A stretch of 64,000 nt of DNA from Centroscyllium fabricii. Lineage: Eukaryota. Shown here piece after piece: positions 59,158-64,000 of this stretch. The notes beneath the pieces were generated by a model. That model did no database searches. It was not told the origin of the DNA and saw nothing but the letters and a program-made list of their open reading frames with translations. Location of the stretch: contig JBNRSN020000005.1 in NCBI GenBank assembly GCA_051313645.2, positions 77,810,001 through 77,874,000 of the forward strand, written 5' to 3'. The first letter of the stretch is position 1, and each line of letters starts with the position of its first letter. The position numbers were made by a program, and so were the translations under genes.

Positions 59158-60974
59158 ATGCTGAGCTGTAGTCAATAAACAGCATTCTGATATACGTATC
59201 TTTGCTATCCAGGTGGTTTAGTGCAGAGTGAAGAGCTGTAGAGATAGCATCTTCCATAGATCTGTTCCCACGGTAGGCAAACTGGTATTGGTCCAGGGCA
59301 GCAGGGATGCTGGCTTTGATGTGGGCCAGGACCAGCCGCTCGAAACACTTCATGATAATGGGTGTAAGTGCGACAGGGCGGTAGTTGTTCAGGCACGTCA
59401 CGGCCGTTTTCTTGGGCACAGGGATGATGGTGGCGGTCTTGAAGCAGGTAGGGACAGCTGCTTTCGCCAGTGACAGGTTGAAGATGTCAGTGAAGACTTC
59501 AGCCAGTTGGTCGGCACATTCTTTGAGTGCCCGGCCGGGGATGCCATCAGAACCCACGGACTTCTGTGCGTTCACTCCACGTAGAGCACCTCTTACGTCG
59601 GAGCAGGACAGTGTTAATGGCTGGTCTTCTGGGGATTGCAGGACTTTGGTGGCTGGCTCCCTGTTGTCCCTGTCGAAGCGAGCGTAGAAGTTGTTGAGTT
59701 CCTCGGTAGGGAGGCATCGCTGGTCGGGGGGCTGGTGTTTCTGCACTTGTAGTCCGTGATGGACTGTATGCCTTGCCACATAAGTCGAGGGTCCGAGTTA
59801 TTGTGAAAGTGTTCCTCTATCTTCAGTGTCTGATTTCGTTTGGCAGACCTGATACCCCTCTTTAGGTTGGCCCTGGCTGTGCTGTAAGCCGCCACATCCC
59901 CAGATTTGAAAGCTGTGTCACACGCCTTCAGCAGCGAGCGGACCTCCCCGTTCATCCAGGGTTTCTGGTTGGGGAATGTCTTGATGGTTTTTTGGGTAGT
60001 GACCACCTCGACACAGCTGTTGATGTAAAAAAGCACTGTGGATGCGTATTCCTCGATGTCCGTGTGAGCGAACATGCTCCATTCAGTGCGTTCGAAGCAG
60101 TCTTGTAGCTCTGAGACTGCCCCTTCTGGCCATACCCTGACTGTTTTGGCTGAAGCTTTCACCCTTTTGATGAGTGGTTTGTATGCTGGGGCGAGGAACA
60201 GTGAAAGGTGGTCAGAATTCCCGAGGTGGTGGCACGGGATGGCTTTGTAAGCCTCTGCAATGTTGGTGTAGACCTGGACCAGCGTGTTCTCGCCCCTCGT
60301 GGGGCAGGAGACATTCTTGTGAAATTTTGGTAGTACGGATTTGAGGTTAGCGTGGTTGAAGTCCCCCGCCACGATAAAGGCTCCCTCCGGATGCGCGGTC
60401 TGCTGCTCGCTGATGGCCCTGTGGAGATCCTTGAGTGCCAGTTTGGCATTTGCATGTGGAGGGATGTAGACCGCAGTGAAGATGACGGCCGTAAATTCCT
60501 GAGGCAGGTAGAAGTGTCTGCACTTTACAGTGAGGAATTCCAGATCGGCGGAGCAGGAACTTTCGATCCCAGGTATCAGCCTTGTGAACCTTCGCAAGAA
60601 CATCCTTCCTCTGATAAGGCGACCAAAATTGCACACAGTACTCAAGGTGTGGTCTCGCCAAGGCCCTGTACAACTGCAGCAGGACATCCTTGTTCCTGTA
60701 CTCAAACCCTTTTGCTATGAAGGCCAACATACCATTTGCCTTCTTCACCGCCTGCTGCACCTGCATGCTTATCTTCAATGACTGGTGCACAAGAACACCC
60801 AGGTCTCATTGCACTTCCCCATCTCCCAATCTATTGAGAAACATAGAAACATAGAAGATAGGAGCAGGAGTAGGCCATTCGGCCCTTCGAGCCTGCTCTG
60901 CCATTCAATGAGATCATGGCTGATCATCCAAAGCCAGCACCCTATCCCTGCCCTCTCCCCATATCCCTCAATCC

Positions 60975-61231
60975 CTATCGAGCCTGCACCAACACATATC
61001 CCACCCTATCCCCGTAACCCCACATATTTAATCCCCCTAACACTAAGGGTTAATTTATCATGGCCAATCAACCTAACCCGCACATCTTTGGACTGTGGGA
61101 GGAAACCGGAGCACCCGGAGGAAACCCACGCAGACACGGGGAGAATGTGCAAACTCCTCACAGATAGTACCCGAGGCTGGATTTGAACACGGGTCTCTAG
61201 TGCTGTGAGGCAACAGACCACTATGCCACCA
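60975..61231 (-). mobile_element. HE1-like V-SINE
   Basis: Near-identical to 10990-11250. Confidence 0.9.
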
Positions 61232-64000
61232 TTTCCATTCAGATAAGAGTCTGCCTTTCTGTTTTTGACAACAAAGTGTATAACCTCGTATTTATACACG
61301 TTATATTGCATCTGCCACGCTTCTGCCCAATCACCCAACCTGTCCAAATCATCCTGGAGCTTCTTGGTATCTTCCTCACTGCACACACGCCCACCCAGCT
61401 TTGTGTCATCTGCAAACTTGGAGATATTACATATAGTTCCCTTATCTAGATCATTAATGTATATTGTGAATAGCTGGGGTCCAAGGACTGATCCCTGCAG
61501 TACCCCACTAGTCACTGCCTGCCACTTGGAAAAAGACCCGTTAATTCCTACTCTCTGCTTTCTTTCCGCCAACCAGTTCTCTATCCAAGTCCTTGCCCCC
61601 AATCCCATGTGCCTTGACTTTACATGCTAATCTCTTATGCGGGACCTTTATCAAAAGCCTTGTGAAAGTCCAAATACACCACATCTACTGGTTCTCCCTT
61701 ATCTGTTTTCCCAGTTACATCCTCAATCTATTTTCCCAGTTACATCCTCCCCCATCCTGTTCTCCCTACACACTCCAAAGCAATCATGTTCCCCCTTGCA
61801 GCCATCCTGCACAGCTAGTCTGTCTGTTTATTATAAATAGACTACACAAAGTTCCTTAGCAACTCTACAAGCACTGGTTTTCAATGTGGGTGTGAATTTA
61901 CCAGAATCGTTGCAGGCTAACCCCAGCAGGCAGGAAGATACAGATAATTTGGGAAGAACTTATCTGGCATGGCATAACAAACTGTACGCTTTCAGCTTTG
62001 GTGATAATATATTGCGGGGTTTTTAGTCTTTAGCTGTAAAACAGTTCTAATTTTGTTTCTACCGCTTTAAGACCTACCTGAATCTCATGTGCTACCAGCG
62101 TACAATTTTCATGTCTAAACTTATTTGCATAGTTCCAGGTGCAATCTCTACTGATACTACACTGGTAGGAGATAAAAAATGCGTGCAAGTCAAATTTAAA
62201 GCGATGTGTACAATTAAAGGGAAGTGTCACAATGAAGGGGACAAAAATGTAAACAACTTCTGGAGGGAATTAAATGGCATCTCAATCCATCAGCAACTTT
62301 GCCAAGGCTAAAGGGCGCATGGAATGGAATTAAGAAGTGGCAGACCAGGGTGAAATGTATGGGACTCATAGGCTCAGGTATGAATCTGCAGACAAGTGAC
62401 GCTATAGCCCATCATATGGCCTCCTCTTTGAGGCTGCTCTAGTTGAGTTGGTGCATGCGAGGCGGATTTTCCTTTATGCCACTCTACAGCAACATCCTAG
62501 AGGGCAGAATCCAGCTTGCCTGCAAAAAGATGCAGTCAAGTTTCAGCTGATTGTTGTTTTCTCTGCAGATGTGCAAGCTCTATGCTGCACGATAGCTGCT
62601 GGTGTCCTTGCAGCAGATGGCAGGACTTGGCATTTTCCTTCTGGTGATCCAGACACTGAGCAGGCTGGTTACCACAGTGATTCCTAGGTGGGATTTGTCA
62701 GGACCCACAGATATGGTAGGCGGCATCTTGACCAAGCTCCTGATCGCCCTGGCATGCTTTTTTTTCTCATGCGATACCATGTAAAGCACGGCATGATGTG
62801 ATTGGGAAATTTCTGAAGCGCCTTCCAGCATAGGAGTTAGAGATGGCACTGGGAGGTGTGCTGGCACAGCCATCATTGGGAAGAGGAGCCTCCACCAACA
62901 ACATCTGCCAAAGTGAGGTTTGTTACTGCAACTTGCAGGCACGGGAGCAAAATAGAGGGTCCAGAGCCCCTTCGGCAGCCTGACCTGCTTGGCATCCTTC
63001 CTCTGGTCCCTTTTTCCTTCCTCAGGTCCCTTTTTCCTATGTACATGTCACTTTAAAAGATCCTGGTGGCTAATCTTCTGGTGTCAACAAAGGGAGCTTG
63101 GGGCAAAATAAATAACTACGCCTGGCATTCAGGTTCATGAAAGCCTAAGTGCCAGCTGGAAACAACCCACGCCTAATGCACTTATCTTAAAAGTGTGTGT
63201 GCTTTTTAAATACCCTCCCACTCGCAGGTCCGCCTGAGATCTTGTCCCCTGCCAGGTTTCACTGGTGTACTGGAAACTGGCTGCTTGCATGTACCTGGGG
63301 CTAAAGGTGGAGCAGAACCCTTCCACACTCCCTTTTTAATGGTAAGGAAGTTCCTGCTCATTTCCGGTGGGAGCTTCAGACACTAGTGCCAGGCTCGCCT
63401 CAAATATCGAGCGAGGCTGTGACTGAGCGGGAATCCGAAACTGGTGCAGTAGCAAGACAAAATCCGGGCCCCTTGCCCCATTGTATTTTGGTCTGTGTCA
63501 TTGGCACCAAATGAGGCTTTCTGGAAGCAATGGCACCAGAGGTATTTTTGCTCCTGTCCACTGATGCTAAGGGCCCAATGCCTCAGCAATTCAGAAGGGG
63601 CATGCAGGATGAAAGGGAATTATGATAGCCATTTATCCACCTCACTGAGCAGTTTTTTCATATGTGCTGAAGCAAATAGCCAAGAAATAGAATAAGAAAA
63701 ATCTGATTAAAGAAGAGGAAGAACCTGTCTTATCTTCACAAATGTAAAAAAAATCTTGCTGCATTTTCTTAAGACCTCTGCATCATTCTGAGTGCTGTTT
63801 AGAAACTGATTTTCTGGTGAAAAGGTTTATTTCTCAAATATTTACAGTACTTCCTTTTCCATAACAAGAGCAATGAGTCTCTGACATTTAAGTCATTCAG
63901 TGATAACTCTTACAGAAGGAACAGGTTATTAATTTCAGTAATTATAATTTTGACCCTGGTTTTACATTATTGTTTGTAGCTGATTCAGTGTTACCAAGGA

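Larger units (their letters stand above)
56397..60565 (-). mobile_element. Rex1/Babar LINE (5'-truncated, APE + RT), interrupted at ~57477-59153
   Basis: APE AVYIPP/IVAGDFN/SDH; [37 protein letters not shown]; (AATTC)n tail; TSD ATCCCA. Confidence 0.93.
55538..61730 (-). mobile_element. CR1 LINE 3' region (55538-56396, 60566-61730) hosting nested SINEs, CR1 tails and a Rex1 element
   Basis: CR1 RT and 3' motifs resume after TSD ATCCCA; ORFs 60347..60790 and 61006..61608. Confidence 0.88.

Noticed and set aside
59614-60705. 363-aa ORF as a CR1-Rex1 fusion protein
   Set aside because: It spans the Rex1 5' truncation point inside a CR1 (TSD ATCCCA); accidental
62300-63590. Possible host exon or Harbinger second-gene remnant
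   Set aside because: Only short ORFs and one TIR-like end (AAAATCCGGGCCC at ~63460); too degenerate to call

Overview
Eukaryotic, transposon-saturated DNA with no supportable host protein-coding exon. The repeat inventory (HE1-type V-SINEs, HER1/CR1 LINEs, L2/DeuSINE-type tails, Penelope, Rex1/Babar, Harbinger) points to a cartilaginous fish such as a shark (inference). Most ORFs in the track are TE fragments or antisense shadows. The most striking signal is one Ty3/Gypsy lineage present four times: 1389-5872 (-), solo LTR 14435-14692, 35581-37578 (+) and 38823-43860 (-). (i) It has no tRNA primer-binding site. The 22-24 nt leader after the 5' LTR is instead a perfect 14-15 nt complement of the element's own LTR poly(A)-signal region, and the pairing co-varies between two divergent families. 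(ii) Every LTR ends in a co-varying hairpin. (iii) The RT active site is YLDN rather than YxDD, written with different codons in the two families. (iv) Gag contains tandem arrays of YY1-like motifs. Other highlights: a young Harbinger-type element carrying only an intact spliced MADF-BESS gene, with its own MITE nested inside; an integrase-only LTR element; Penelope termini with hammerhead-ribozyme cores and a 76-bp perfect foldback; and a satellite-LINE chimera. All comparisons were made by eye, and no database search was run.
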